Shown in pieces: positions 12,401 through 26,935 of a stretch of DNA of 63,540 nucleotides. The translations under genes were made by a program, and so were the position numbers. The notes below the pieces were generated by a model. The model saw only the letters and a program-made list of their open reading frames with translations, did no database searches and was not told the origin of the DNA. Origin of the DNA: Rhina ancylostomus (lineage: Eukaryota); contig JARFYF010000056.1 in the NCBI GenBank assembly GCA_030265395.1, positions 14,684,113 to 14,747,652 on the forward strand, written 5' to 3'. Each line of letters opens with the position of its first letter. Position 1 is the first letter of the stretch.

Positions 12401-14269
12401 TGTGTACAGTTTCTCTAACTGTTATGGGGCTACAGGAAAGTAGGAAGGGGGAAATGGGACTGATGGGATTGCTCTGTTGGAAGCCAGCATTTTCTCAAGT
12501 GGGTCGAATGGCCTTCTTCTGCATTGTAATAAGTAAGCATCGAAGTAGATTATGTCCTCATCTCTGCGGTTGCTGAGATCTCAACAATCTGGGATGCTCA
12601 ACTTTTGTCAGACCAAATTTTGACCAACTCTTGGCTTGGCCAACCAAAGGGGAGCACTCTGGCTTCAATACCCTACTGAGCACAAAGCTCACAGGGTAAC
12701 CTGGCAGGATTGCATGATCTCCCACTAGAAGAATATGGAGGATATGTTGGGGAGAGGTAAGCCAGACCGGGAGTCAAGGAGTGGAGCTATGCAGATAATG
12801 AAGTTAATGAGTGGGTCATGAGGCAGATGTTAAGATGGGGTGGATGGCAGATATTCTGTGGGTGGGGCAGAAGATGGAAAGGGATCAAAGAAATGATGCA
12901 GACCCAGGTGAGAGATAGAGGTCTGGGTTTGGAACAGTAAAGAAAGGATGCTGCGGACAGCATAAAATCTCCATTTATCCATCTTCAGTATCACTGACTG
13001 TCTGATAAAATATCCCATTACCTGTCTGAGAAGAATATTGTTATTCAGGTATACAATAAAGGATACACTAACCACAAAGTGAGCTGCTGTACCCGGATGG
13101 ATAAAGAGAGAGCATGCATAGATATCAAGCCAAGGTACCCAGTAAGATATAGAATTCATCAATCATGATTGACAGTGAGATACTCTGCTCAGGAAGATAA
13201 AGAGATACTGGATAAAAATATACCCTCTCCAGACAGATAAAGAGACACCTTATCCAGATAGATAAATAATCAATGAGTTAAGATATAAATAGATATTTTA
13301 ATCCAAATAGATAAATAAATATATACATACAAATCAATAGACACACATATAAACATGTTTGTCCCACATGGATAAAAGGATACAGACCTTGAACGATACT
13401 ATACCCGGACAAAAAAATACTCTACTCAGATGGATAAGTAGATACTCTATCCAGACAAAGACGTGCTCTAAATGGTTGCATAAGCAAAACGGTACAGAAA
13501 TAGACAGAGTACCAGACAAAGGAAGAGGAGTGGTCACCCAGTGTGCAGTTTCAACAGAGTGCAGAGCTCAAAAATGGGAATTTAGTGAAGAGCAGAAAAA
13601 GAGGTGTGGCTGGCTGTCAAAAAGAAATATAAATAATCAGAATAGAATTATTAAAAATAATTTTTAATAAATAAAGCAACCAAGCTAAATTACAACTGTC
13701 AGCATGCAGTGACAATTGAAATTAGTAATTCAAACAAGATCATTCACTAGATTAAAAGATATATAAATAACCAATTGAATAAAAACATTTCAAAGCAAGG
13801 AAGGCCAGGTTTAAAAAAAAGTAATAAAAGGATTGATGGTTCAATCAAGGTAACAAATTAATAATAAATGTACTGGGAAAAGGAACGGTGAAGAAAAACA
13901 TGCCGCCTCTGAATGTGGAAGGGGCAACCAAGGTACAGTTGCCTGGTTTACTTCTCACTCTGTTGTTACTATTAGGGTGGGGACCATCTTGGTTCAATAA
14001 GTGCGGAAAGGTGCACCTTAAGTAGTANNNNNNNNNNATAAGTTCTCAACCTGGCAAAATTGCAATACAGGACTACATGCATGTTAAGTGCAAAAAGTGA
14101 CATGCAACAGACAGACCCACAGCCAACAGTGACTGGAATAATACCTTGTGCAATAGATATTGCTGTAAGCAGCAAACAGTGCGAGATCCAACAAAAGCTA
14201 TGAGACCAGGCATTATTCTGGCTGCAGTGATATAGAATAACACTCCAGAACCAGCCATGTCTCTAGTCA

Positions 14270-15420
14270 AACAATTCCAGCACAGTTAAAAGATCTGCCA
14301 TCAATCTGACAGTGTGAAAGATTACCCAGATATGCCTTGTCCCCAAAAAGCAGGTCAAATCCAACCCCACATTACCATCCAATAAATCTATTCAGTCATC
14401 AGGAAAGTGATAAAAAGCGATGTTGACAGTGTTGTTGGGAGGCATTTACACTCCACAACCTGCTCACTTGTTCATTTTGGATTTTGCTCATTCTCATCTG
14501 CTCCAGATATAATCAGGGCCCAGAAATGAGTTCCAGAGTCATCCTTGACATAAAGTTAGCACTTGATGGAGTGTGGCATCAAGGAGCTCTGTTAAAACTG
14601 AAGTCAACAAGAAAAGCAATCCAGTGGTAAATGCTATAATACCATCAGAGGAAGATAGGTGTGGTTGGTGGAGGTCAGTCATTTAACCCCAGGACATCAC
14701 CTCAGGAGTCTCTCAGGGCAGTGTTTTAGGCCCATCTTCAGCTGCTTCAGTGAGGAAGTTTGTTGATGATTGTACGATGTTTAATACCTGTCACAACTCC
14801 TACATGTGGCCAGACCAGGGCCACACTCAGAAATGAGAAGTAACATTCACAGCATATGAGTCTCTCTCAAGACTGTGGTGTTATAATTGTTGAGTTTCCC
14901 AACAACCTTGGTGGGCCACAACTGATGAACCATCTCCATAAGTACCGAGCCTGGGTGTTCTGTCATGTGCATCTTATCTCCTGAATCCCCAAAGTCTTTC
15001 CAACATCTAAAGCCCCAGTAACCATAACAAATGCTTACTGGGATTCCAACCACCATCCAAAGCATTCATTTCCTCCATCACCAGTAGTCTATGGCTGCAG
15101 TGTACCATCAGCTATAAAATGCACCATCGGACTTGCTTATTCCAACAGCTCATCCCAGATCTGAGCCTTCTCTCACCAAGAAAGGTCAGGAGGTGCATGT
15201 GATCACCACCAGCTACAGGTTCTCCAGATCATACACCAGCCTGGTTCAGAAATATATTCCCATTTATCATTGCTGGGTCTAAATTCTGAAACTTAATATC
15301 CATTAGCATGTGGGAAAAACTTCAACAGAAAGTTCAAGGTAGCAGAAGAACATCACCTTAAGGATTATTAAGGATGGACAACAAACGCTGGTTTTGCCAG
15401 TGATGCCTGGATCCTACAAA
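14270..15420 (+). mobile_element. Old CR1/L2-group LINE remnant
   Basis: cttgacataaag..gcacttgatggagtgtggcatcaaggagct (LDxxxAFDxVWHxG) and ggagtctctcagggcagtgttttaggccca (GVxQGSVLGP). The same family occurs at about 19200-19835 (+). Confidence 0.65.
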
Positions 15421-16914
15421 TAAGTAAAGGGAGGGACCGTACCCAATCAGGCAGTCAGATAAAGATTCATTCTACCCAGAGAGATGGAAAGATACTACAG
15501 CAAGAGATAAAGGTTCTTTACAAGTAAATACTTAACACTCTACCCAAAGGGATAAAGACAAAGTTCCCAGGTTTCTGAAGAGATAGCAAACAGTCAGGGA
15601 ATGAGAGTCTACCCAGTGCACAGAAGACATCATAAGCTGCAGTTGCCTCCTTCTACACACTGTTGAGTAAAGGTAAATCCTACTTGATCTCTCCTGCAAG
15701 GAATCCCCCTGTCTCTGCAATCAACTCAATGAGTATACCCTGGATTGGATCCAAGTCATGTAAGTTCTTCCTCAGGTACAGAAACCAAAGCTATAGAAAG
15801 TACTCCAGGTGTAGTCTTGTTATACCCTGTATAGTTGCAAGAAGACTACCTTACTCTTATACTACAGACCTCTTATCCTTCTTCAAAAGAGTGCCAAGAG
15901 GTTATTAACCCATTCTGAGAGAACAAATCCAGAAAGGTTGGGAGATAATGCAACCAGCTAGATAATGACAAAAATAAAGACCAAGAGAAACTCTAACAAC
16001 AACACAGGAATACAAACAGGAGGAGACCCTTAAACATGTTGTCCATTATTAAGATTGATCTCTACGTCATCCCACATGATCCTCCTTTCCCTCCATTCCC
16101 TAGTATCCAAAACCTGTCAATCTGAGCATCCCTCTTGGAATAGAGAACTCAATCCTCCGAGTGAAGAAATTTTGACAGATCCCAGTCCTTCATAATCATG
16201 CCTCATCTTGGGAATATAACCTTTAGTTTCAGACAGCAGCCAAAGGAGACAGCCTCTCAAGCACTCTGCCAAGCTTTCTCAAAATATTCTACATGCTTCA
16301 ACGTGAGCAACCCTCATTCTTGTAAACTCTAAAATTCTCATTAGAGACAAGATCAATTCTACTCAATCTCCCCCAAAGGTAATTCCCCTCATCTCAGGAA
16401 TTGTCTCAGAGATAATAGCCTGGACAGTATCTGAGACAAGTAAATACTTCCTAAGCGATAGAGACCAGACCTATATGAAGTCCTGCAGATATGGTCTTGT
16501 CACATTCCTGTATAGTTTTAGGAAGACTACCTTAGTCTTGTGCTACTCTTCCCCTTTCACCAAAAGTTAACATGCCACTTGCCTTCCTAATTGTTTGCTA
16601 TACCTGCACGTTAACTTTCTGCATTTCATGAACTACTTAATGTTACTAATTTCTCATCACTTTTGCTCTTGTTATCCTTTTTACCAAAGTTAATGGCCTC
16701 ACAAAACCTCACATTATATTCTAGCCCACTTTCTACATCCCACTGCAAATACTTTTTTTCCTCTGTACACCTCAATCTTCCACCTGCCTTTGTGACATCA
16801 GGAAAGTATGATCATTGTGAAATCACACAGGAAACAGCCTGTCAACCTAAAAACGGCCAATTTATTCCAACTGTGTATGTTATGCACTTTAACCAGCCCC
16901 GTGTTAATACTGGA

Positions 16915-17045
16915 AGCACAAGAGACTGCAGATTCTGGAATATGGAGCAACAAAGAATCTGCAAGAGAAACATAGCGGGTCGAGCAGCATCTGTGGGAGG
17001 AAAGGAATTGTCCATGTTTCGGGTCAAAACCCTGCATCAGGGTTG
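16915..17045 (-). mobile_element. Penelope-like terminus with degenerate hammerhead core
   Basis: Minus strand reads cCTGATGCagggttttgacccGAAAcatggac followed by agatgctgctcgacccgct. Confidence 0.7.
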
Positions 17046-19844
17046 TTGCTCCTAGGTTAACACTAATGTATTAACTCAGCCCTGTAGGCCCTTATATAAT
17101 GTAATAATAACCTTTTTATAGCACTCAAGCAAATGTTTTTTCAACATCCAGATATACTATATCTACTGATTCCCCCCTTAACCACCCTGCTATTGAGAAC
17201 CACCTTTGAGAACAGTCTACAGATTGACAGATACTGCTTCTGGACTTATAAGTGATACCATGCCTGGAAAGGCAAAGGGATAATATGTCTGAATGGATAA
17301 AGATACTTGATTCAGTTTGACAAAGCCATATGTATGCAGACAGAAAAAGTTATTAAATGCAGACAGTACAAGGGATAGACTACATAGATAGATAGAGATA
17401 TAATATACTCATCTTTCTTTTCAAACTTGTCTGTGCCTTGCTGTTCTGTATTCTATGATCTCCTCCACCCTTATAACATATAACCTGTGTTGATGCATCC
17501 TCAAATATCAGGCTCTGCCATTAGTTGTCATCCCTTCAGTTCCCGAGATACCAAGACTGGGATTCCCTCACTAAAGCTCTTGTCCACTCCATTTCTAGTT
17601 CATTCTTTAAGACAACTCATGAAAATACAATACATGAAAAGACACTGTAGATATAAAGTGTGATTTTCCCAGACATATAATGAGCTACCATACCCAGGCA
17701 GGTAAATAAATGCTGTAATCAAGTAGATGAAGCAATAATGTTACCAAGCAAAAGATGCTGATCCATAAGGCAATAAAAAAGAAATAAAAGGATAGTTATC
17801 CTCTACTTTAGATTGCACTACAATAGATTGCACTACAACCTTTGCACCATTCTGCTGGTTTGCACTTGTCGTTGTATTTATTGTTGTATTTACTATTACC
17901 ATGTAGACTGTTTACTCTGTGAGCAAGGAATGCGAGCAAGGAATTTCATAGCAACCTGGTGAATATGACAATAAACCAATCTAATCTTTAACCTAAGTAC
18001 AAAGTTTATGCAGAGAAAGAGAAAATTATCACAATATATAAAGACATACTGTACAGAGATAGATAAAGGGAAAAGTTACTCTGATAGATGAAGAGATACT
18101 TTACACAGATGTATAAGGGGAAACTGAACCCGGACAGGCAGAGGTAATATACCCAGACAAATAAAGAAATAACATATGCTGACAGATGAAGAGATATCAA
18201 GGCCAGACAGATAAAGAGATATTGTATTCCAAAAGATCAATCAATAAGGAAATAACTTACCAGATATAAAAAGAAGTTCTACACTCAAGCAGATTAAGGA
18301 TTATTGTAAACAGACAGTTGGAGAGATATTGTACCCAGATAAATAAAAATAATACTGTACACACAGAGGAAGACTTATGGCCCAGACAGATCTGGGGACA
18401 TTACCTCCAAATCTACCTGTATCCAGACTGACAGAAATGTTCCATTTAGATACACAAATGGTCACTCTACAAGACAAATAAGGAAACACTCTACCTGGAT
18501 AAATTTTTTTATGAAAAATTATCAATCTGAAACATTCAGTCTCTTTTTCTCTTCACATGCTGGATCTACAATACCTAACAGTTCCTGTTTATATTTCAGA
18601 AATCCAAGCGGCATTTTGCTTCTGATGGAGACATACTCTACACAGATAGGTAAAGCAGTTCTCTACCCGGATAGGAAGCGATACTGTCATCAGACAGATC
18701 ATAAACTGACCAACACAGATAGAGAACTCCTGGACCATATAATAAAGGAGTACTGGGCCAGACAGATAAAGAAGTACTTTACACAAATGGCTAGAGATAT
18801 AACCACACAGATAGATTAAATAATACTGTACCCAAGACAGAATAAGAGATACAACAACCAGAGAGATAAAAAGATAATGTATTCACATAAGGATATAGTG
18901 GAATACTCTCACCAGATAGCTGAAGTCATTGAACAAAGACAAAGAGAAAGTTTCCCAGATAAAGATATACTTTACCCAGACACAAAAGCGACATCCTATC
19001 CAGAGATATAAAAAGATACTTTAGACAGTTAAATAGAAACAGTATCCAGTCAGGCAGTTAGGTAGCTCTCTCTGATAGGTTGATTTATATTGTATCCAGA
19101 TAACTAAAATAACCTCTTACACATGGATAATCACACACAGTAGATAAATCGGCACAGAAAATAGATCCCATATTCAGATAAATTAATGGATACCATCACC
19201 AGAATTTCCCAAAGCATCCTTGACTGCTTCATCATTGGCCTCCCCCTATACTAGAGTCAGATGTAGGGATGCTTGCTGATGAATATGCAGCCTTCAGCTC
19301 ATTTTGCAAGTATAATGAAACAGTCCATGTATCACAAGTGCAAGATTGGAAAGGTTTGTGCTGATAAATGAAGTTGGCCCTGCACAAATTCCAGGCAATG
19401 ACCATCTCCAAAGGAAAGCATCCAATCTCCTCTCCTTGAAACATTAGCAGCACCAAACGCCTGCAATTAACATCCCATAACCATGAACTTAACCAGAAAA
19501 GCCACATAAATACCATGACTACAAGTGCAGGTCAAAGGCTGGAGGACTGACTCACCTTTTGACTCCCCAGATTCTTTCCACCAACAATGACACACAAGTC
19601 AGGAGAGTGCTGGAACTATCTCTATTTTCCTGGATGAGTGCACTCCAACAACATCCAAAAAAGTTGTCTGACACTGCCAACAATTCTTTAGTACCCAAGC
19701 CATCAAGCTAAATATTCATTCCCCTCACCGCTCATGTACCTTTGTGGCAATGTGCGCCATCTAAAAGATGCACTGCAGCAACTCAGCAAGGCTTCTACAA
19801 CAACACCTCCCAAAAAATGAACCCATGATCTCTACTACCAAAGG

Positions 19845-20605
19845 GTCTGAAAAGGAAGCGGTGGCAGAGATAGTGGATGCGTTGGGTGTAATCTGCTGAA
19901 ACTCTTTCAGTTCTGGAGGGGTCCCAGAGGATTGGAAGATAACATATAATGCTCCTACTTCTGAAAAAGAGCTGAGGGCAAGAAACCAAGGGGTAGTTAA
20001 CCTAACATCTGTCATTGGGAAAATTATTAAGGAAGTAATTGCAGAACATCTAGAAAATCTTAAGATAACCAAGAAGAATCCATGTGGTTTTATGAAAGGG
20101 AAATTGACAGATTTGTTAGTTGTTTGAAGATGTAACAAACAGGATGGATAAGGGGAAACCAGAAGATATAGTGTATGTGGATTACTGGAAGGCATTCAAT
20201 ATGGTACCACACAAAGGTTACTGCACCACATACAAGTGCATGGGGTTGGGAGTAACATATTGTGATGGGTAGGGGATTGGATAATTAATGGTAAACAGCA
20301 AGTCAGGATAAATGCATCATTTTCAGATTGGCAATCTGTAAAAATCAGACAAGGATGAGGAGGAATTTCATCTCGCAGAGTTGTGACTCTGACATTCTCT
20401 ACCCAAGAGCTGTGGAGATGGAATCACTGAATACATTGAAGGCAAAGATTGACAGATACAGGCAGACATTTAAACTATAAGGAAATCATGTGTGGAAAAG
20501 TGGTAGTGAAACAAAGATGGCATCAGCAATGATCTTATTGAATGGTGGAACAGGTTCAAGGGGCTGATTGGCCCATTCCTGCTCCATATGTCTAAATGTT
20601 CTACC
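19845..20605 (+). mobile_element. CR1-type LINE fragments
   Basis: VPEDWK, LTSVxGK, HGFMKGK and KAFxxVPH motifs, plus a CR1-like 3' tail ggcccattcctgctcc. Confidence 0.8.
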
Positions 20606-23600
20606 ATTGTTCCATCAGTATAACGTATACCATAATTTGTCAGGGACTGAGAAGTGAACCCTGTGAAATCCCATTGATAACAGCCTTCTCATCATAAAAA
20701 TGCCCAATAATCCAATAACATGTTGTTTCCTACTTTTGAGCCGATTTTGGATCCCCGACCTAGCTTTTTGATTTTCCTACCATGAAAAAAAAGCCTTGCT
20801 CCAATCCTTGTAGACGACATCAAATATACTTCCCTTATTGACCCTCTTTGTTACCTCCTCAAAAATTCAATTGATACTTCGTTATGTTCTTCCATTTACA
20901 GCTGCCTGCCGGCTGTCCTGGATTAAGCCTTACCTTTTGAACAAAGGTCTATACTGTCACTCCGATTGGTTCCAATAATCTGCCCGTCACTGCAGGGAAA
21001 CCAACTGTGTGTAATTACTTGGTTTAGCCCTCTCTGTTTTAAAAAGTAATGGAACAAGGCTGGCAGTCCTTGAATACACCAGCACCACTACTCCAGTCAG
21101 GAAGATTTGGAATGATGTAGATATAAAAGCGAGGTAGAATAACAAAAAAAACCTAGAAAATCAGGAAACGCAAGAGGGAGTGTCGATGAAAAGAAATTCT
21201 GGGATCCAAGTGCATAAGATCATGAAAATGTGATGGAAAGGTTCAGAAAGGAATCAAAGTGGCCGGCGGAAAGATGGTCTTTCAATGATAAGAATACACG
21301 GAAGAAGTTATCCCAAGACTACAAGGCCTTGGAATGCTGAGGGAATCTAGGACCAAGGAACAGATTTTAACAAATGCACCCCAGCCTCTCCAGATTTAAG
21401 TCTGGAAACTTGTATGAATAAATGGTGGGCGAAGGTTGCAATGCTAAGGCAAATGTTAATCTTAAATCTTTTTGCTTCATCAAAGGAAATGTTGGATGTG
21501 GGACATATGCAGGTGTCCGGGAATCGGGTCAAAACTCTGCCATGATCTAATGAAATGGCAGAACAGGCGTGGGTATATGTTACTGGGCGTATACGTCTGC
21601 CAAGTGTCCCGAAGGCCTGCCAGCAGTTACCACCCGAACATCCAGAATTTACCGCCTTTCCTGCTCAGAAGCCCACCGCCAACTGCCCCCGCAGTTGGGC
21701 CGGGGACCTCCGAACTCCCCACACAACTCAGAGCGTCGCGGCGGCCAGCCCCGCTACCGGCCACCCGGACAAGGTGGGTAGGCGTGAATTGAACACAGCT
21801 CGCCTGCAGAAGGGCAGCAGATACGAGTTGCAAACGAAACGGGGGGTTCTGTCAATTCAATCGGCGTGCGACAGAGAGATCATGGCATGAAGTGTTTACT
21901 TCTGGCAATGTGGCGTAATGGATCTGGGTGATTCTTTTCTTTCTTCAGCAGAACATTAATCGCGACCATGAAACTGGAAAGTAATCACTCCCAGCTTTGT
22001 TGAAGGCAAAATTTTTGAAAGAGCATGGAAATAAAATCCTGTGGTATCAAACCGAGAGCCCACGGAGCGAGAGAAACGCTTCATGGTTCGGATGGCTTCT
22101 TGTTATCAGAGGGTAATAAAACTGTTATCACCGTTCCCACCCGAAATGTCATCACATTATTCATTCGGAGCAACATACACTAATCGGCCGTTCAGTCGAA
22201 AAACACAACCCGCTCCTAGTCCATCCAAACCAAAGGTCAGGGCGCAGAGTTACTTCAGAGATGCCGGTGCCGCGGGCCGGTGCGCCAACTGCCCGCCGTT
22301 CCTTGTTGCCATATCAAGTGTTAGGTGTGTGAGGAACAACCGTTAGAAAGTTACGGGCAACCCGTTACTCTTGCAGATAGTGGAGCATGCATATCCTGAG
22401 CTACTGAGTCACAGAGCACGGCAGATACCACCACGGAAGCAATTTGATTTTGGTTACAGTCCCACAAAGCGCACAGAGCTGGGCACAGCAAGATGAGCTG
22501 TATTGTAGAAGGTGCTCAGTATATGTTGAGTGAACGATATGTTCGATCTCTGACACCTCCTGATGTTTATTCTTCTTCTTCAGACCGAAGCGCATCCTGG
22601 CCACTTTTTTTGCCATTATCAATATTTTAAACAGTTAAATAAAATATTTAATATTGCAAATAAATGTGTGTTTGACAAGTGCGCGGGATTCACGTTGCCA
22701 TTGAGCGTCTCTACCTTAAATGCAAATTCTTCTCAGCTTATGACTCTGTATTTCCTGTTAGTTAGTTTAGTTTATTGTCAAATACACCAGGGTGCAATGA
22801 AATTCCTTGCTCCCGTGAAACTCAGAAAGTAAGTAGTATACGGTAATAATAAATACAGTCCGTAAAGGTGCAGTATTTGTAGTGCTAGGTAATCTGTTAC
22901 CTTCCCTTACACATACACCCCAGTGCCCGTGGTTTGTTTAGGCCTCAAATTATTTCATTATATATTGCCACTAAATGAAGACACACTAGAGTTAAAAATC
23001 GGTTCGCTCGCTTGTTTGTCCCGACCAGTCGTATTTAAATTAAACACACAAACAAGGGGGGAAAACGAGAATAAACGAATGCAGCCAGTTACATTATAAT
23101 AAGAAATGGCGACAATGATTAATCAAAGAGTGCCGTCATATTTGATTTCAGTCGCCGCAGAGGTGATGTGAAGCGCGCCCGACGGTTAATGGGGAAACAA
23201 GTGACATTGGCACTGAAATCCTGCAGCATCGGGAACGGCAGGAAGTTAATAAAGCGCGCTACATGTTTTGTAATTCGGGGAGTCTTGGAGACTTTCCGTA
23301 GCCCCTGGAAAACAAGGCATTTTGATTTAATATAATATATTATGTGCAGAACTTGGAACGGAAATAAGATAAACCCAGACTACCATCACCTTAAACAAGG
23401 TCGGTAAGTAAAACGGATGTTTTCAGTAAGGACTGGGACGAACAATAACAACAGATCCTTTCTGCTTTCTCCCCATCTTATCGCAAGGTCTGTAATGTTA
23501 ACTCCATGTCTCGCCGCACGGATACTGGCTCTTGCGGCAAGCTCCCTTTCCGCTGTGAAGCGCTTCTTTCCGAACATCCTAACAGAACAAATGGAAGCTC

Positions 23601-26600
23601 AAAGACCTACTAAATCTTACACTGGATGAATCGGAGTGGGATGTTGCTACAGGGTCGGGTTTACAGAAATGCCGAGCCTTGGTCGCCTCTTTGTTATCAC
23701 AACTAAAGTCAGTTATATTTTTAAAAAATCGTTTTGATGGCAGTTTAATTTAAAGTGAATTGCTTACAAATGAAACGAGGGAGCAAAGGAATGGACTCTT
23801 AAATCTCCCAGAATAATCCCTCACTGCGCTTCATGGAATTGTCCGCAGAGCAATTCTTGAATGGGAAATTTACAACGGAGTTCTCAACTAGAATAACAGG
23901 CGGAAATTTGAAAGAAGGCAGGGGGTAGGTGACAGTGAGTCCGGACCTATCTGGGTAGAATCTGACGCCCGAAACCAAAGTATCGCCCGCTCCAGTCTTT
24001 GATTGGCTGGGGGATAGAATATGTTGCATGTTATTTGATGATTTGTATGACTTCCTGCAGTGGGGTTGTCCGTGTTGCCTTTCGAAATATTTTAACAGTG
24101 CAGTGACGTTTAGGGATTAATCGGTTTTTAAAATTTTTTATCGGGGTACCGTACAGCGGTGCCGCGAAGCACTGAATGTGAGCAGTATTTTTAGGACTGA
24201 TGTTGTTTCCTTTGTGAGAGAGTCAATCCGCCGAGACAGGTCGGTCGGAAGATTTTCCAAGACCTTAATTATTGCCTTAATTAGTTATTGCATTAATTAT
24301 TCCAAATCTGAATTAACCGTCCATATAGAATTTTGAAGACCTAACTTTCAATGAATTGTAAATTGCAAGGGTATAATCTCGATACAGTAAAATATTGAAA
24401 ATGGACGTTACTATAAATTAAAGAGGAATCAAGTGCGCATCGGTGTGTGTGTGTGGGGGGGGGGGCGGTTGTCTTGTTCGAAACATTTTCAGTCATGGTT
24501 TAAGCCCAGGTGTTCATTTGGTAAAGGGTGCGTATCGACACATTACTGCCTCTGACGAGATTGATCGACAATGAAATAGCCGATAGGTCGGCTATGGAGA
24601 CTGGGACCGCTCTCCTCCCCAGTGAATGAGGAGATGGCAGGGCTGAACTGAAGTTCTGAGTCCAACCAACTATCTCATCTAACTCAACCTCCTGACTGAG
24701 AATGAGTTTTGTTGCCTCGGTGGAGAAGCCAATTTCTCTGATTAGACATTCATAATGTCGTCAATGATTTTAATTTTGTTAAAAGGCATAAAATTTGATT
24801 AGTTGTTTGGGTTATCGTGCATCAACCATCGTTTCATTTTAAAATCCAAGTCTTTCTTTAAAAAAATGAGTTCAAAAATAAAGTTCCCAGCGCTCAAAAA
24901 ATTATTCACAAAATTAAGTATAACGTATCCAATAATGAATAGTTTACATTCATTGTACGAAAGTTACACATTAATTATACGTGCGTAATTACGCGGGGTT
25001 CTAAACTTTGGGTGTAGTCTTGTATTAAATCTCCTCTTACTGGTTCATCGGTCGTAACAAAAGGCTTCCATTAAAGGCCCCTGCAACCTGATTCGGAGTC
25101 CGGACTCCACTTTGCGTCCAGCCCGCCTCGTCAGTGCAATGACCCAGTTCAGCGGCTAGGGGATTTGGATGGTCTAATCCTTGTCTTTCAATCTCTTGTT
25201 TAAGCAAGAAGATAGCAAAGAGATATTAATCATCCGAGATCAGAAAATAAAAATAAGATAAAAAAGACAAATAAGAGGCTTAGTTTCTTGGTTGGATGTG
25301 AGTGCCACTGTGGTGTGTGTGTGTGTGTGTCCATTCACACCGTTGTTGTCTAAATTTAATTTAAAGATGTACGAGTGCTAAACTCTTGGTAACGATCTTG
25401 TAAGGGTATATTTTATTCGAAAGAGGAAAGAACGAATTTAAGGCCCAAAATAAATAGTAGCCCCCGCTATCATTTTACAGAATCATTCCGTTACTTATCC
25501 TGTATGTAAGCGCCGATGAGAGTGGAATATCCTTTTCCAATATAAATATAGTATATTGTCATTTTGTATAAAGAGCGACGCCAGCGATTAGTTTCTATCT
25601 GGTACAGAAAATAGATAACTGTAACTCACAAACAAGTAGATTTTGTTCCAAGTGAGGCTATATGTTAAAATCAGAGAACCTTATTTTTCGATGCATCTGA
25701 CGCAATATTTAAACAGCTTGGTATTAACGGCTCGCTTATTCTTCCCCCCGAAAGGCCGCCCTCGATGGCTGAGTTGTTTAGCTAAAATTACTAAATTAAA
25801 AATCGGACATCTTCAGCATCAAATCTGTTTCAATCTTTCCAACGGCAGACCTCGAGTTTATTTATTCCTTTGCAATTTTTGAGTCTTGTTTTTAAAGACT
25901 TTTTTACACTCTAAAGTTAAATTTTAAAACAGCTGTTTCGGATTTTTTTATGTAAAGCATCAGACCGCCTTTTAAAATCTCAAGGCAGGCTGGTGTGCGC
26001 TGCAGTCAAGTGCTTTTGAATTCCTACGTAGAGGGAATCTACAGTATGTATTATAGAAAACTCTGCAGCCAATGATTTTACAGAGAGGGCCGCAAGCAGT
26101 GCGATTACCACCAGGGTCCTCTGGGTTTAGGTCATAGGTTGAGGGATTAATATTGACCATGACACTCGCGAGAACTTCCCTGCCCCTCCCCGAAATAGTC
26201 TCATGGGATGCTTGATGTCCACCCGATTCGGTCTAATGACTCATCGAATGTCAGTCCCTCTAACAGTACAGCGCTAAACAACTCGAGTAGCAGTCTCGAT
26301 TTCTGCCCAAGTCCTCGAGGAAGTCATCGAACCCACAACTTTTCTTCCGACACAAGGGGTACAGGGTTGGAGGTGGGGAGGGGAGAGATGGGGGAGGGAT
26401 TGCTTCCACTGAGCCACAGCCCACTAACGCCCGCACCCTTACACTAAATGTAAATATATAAATAAACAAGCAAGTCCCTGAACTGGACCATGCACGCGTT
26501 AGGCATCTGCTCCAATTCAGTGCTGTCAGTTCAGTCCAAATCGGCGACAGATCTGCATTATATACTGTTTTTCAAAAATATAAATTAAATGAAAAATACC

Positions 26601-26935
26601 TCAGGAGGATTACTTTACTGCCTCTTTTTTGAAAATCTTTTTTATTTAAATAAAACGAGTCTGAAATACTGTAGGTCAGATTGGAACGAATTAAAAATTT
26701 GGTCAGCGACTTTGAATGAAACATAATCAGCGTAAAACACCTGCTTCCATTGATACGTGTTTGTAGTCAAAAAAAGAACAATTTAGAGGCATGGATATTA
26801 TTTGCTTTCAGTTTTGGCCTCAGTCTGAGATTTCCCAATCTTTCCTTTTGTATTTCCATATCTAATTGTGGTGAACAGATTGATAAACTGGTAGAGAGAC
26901 AGGCAGACAGAAAGGGATAGATAAGCTGAACTCAC

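Larger units (their letters stand above)
4030..19200 (+). repeat. Ancient degenerate ~25-bp satellite (consensus ~CCAGACAGATAAAGAGATACTGTAC), interrupted by TEs
   Basis: Recurrent ccaga(c/t)agataaa(g/t)agata units at about 25-bp spacing. Blocks at roughly 4790-6030, 9150-9590, 10990-11790, 13000-13530, 15440-15620, 17210-17800 and 18000-19200. Confidence 0.75.
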
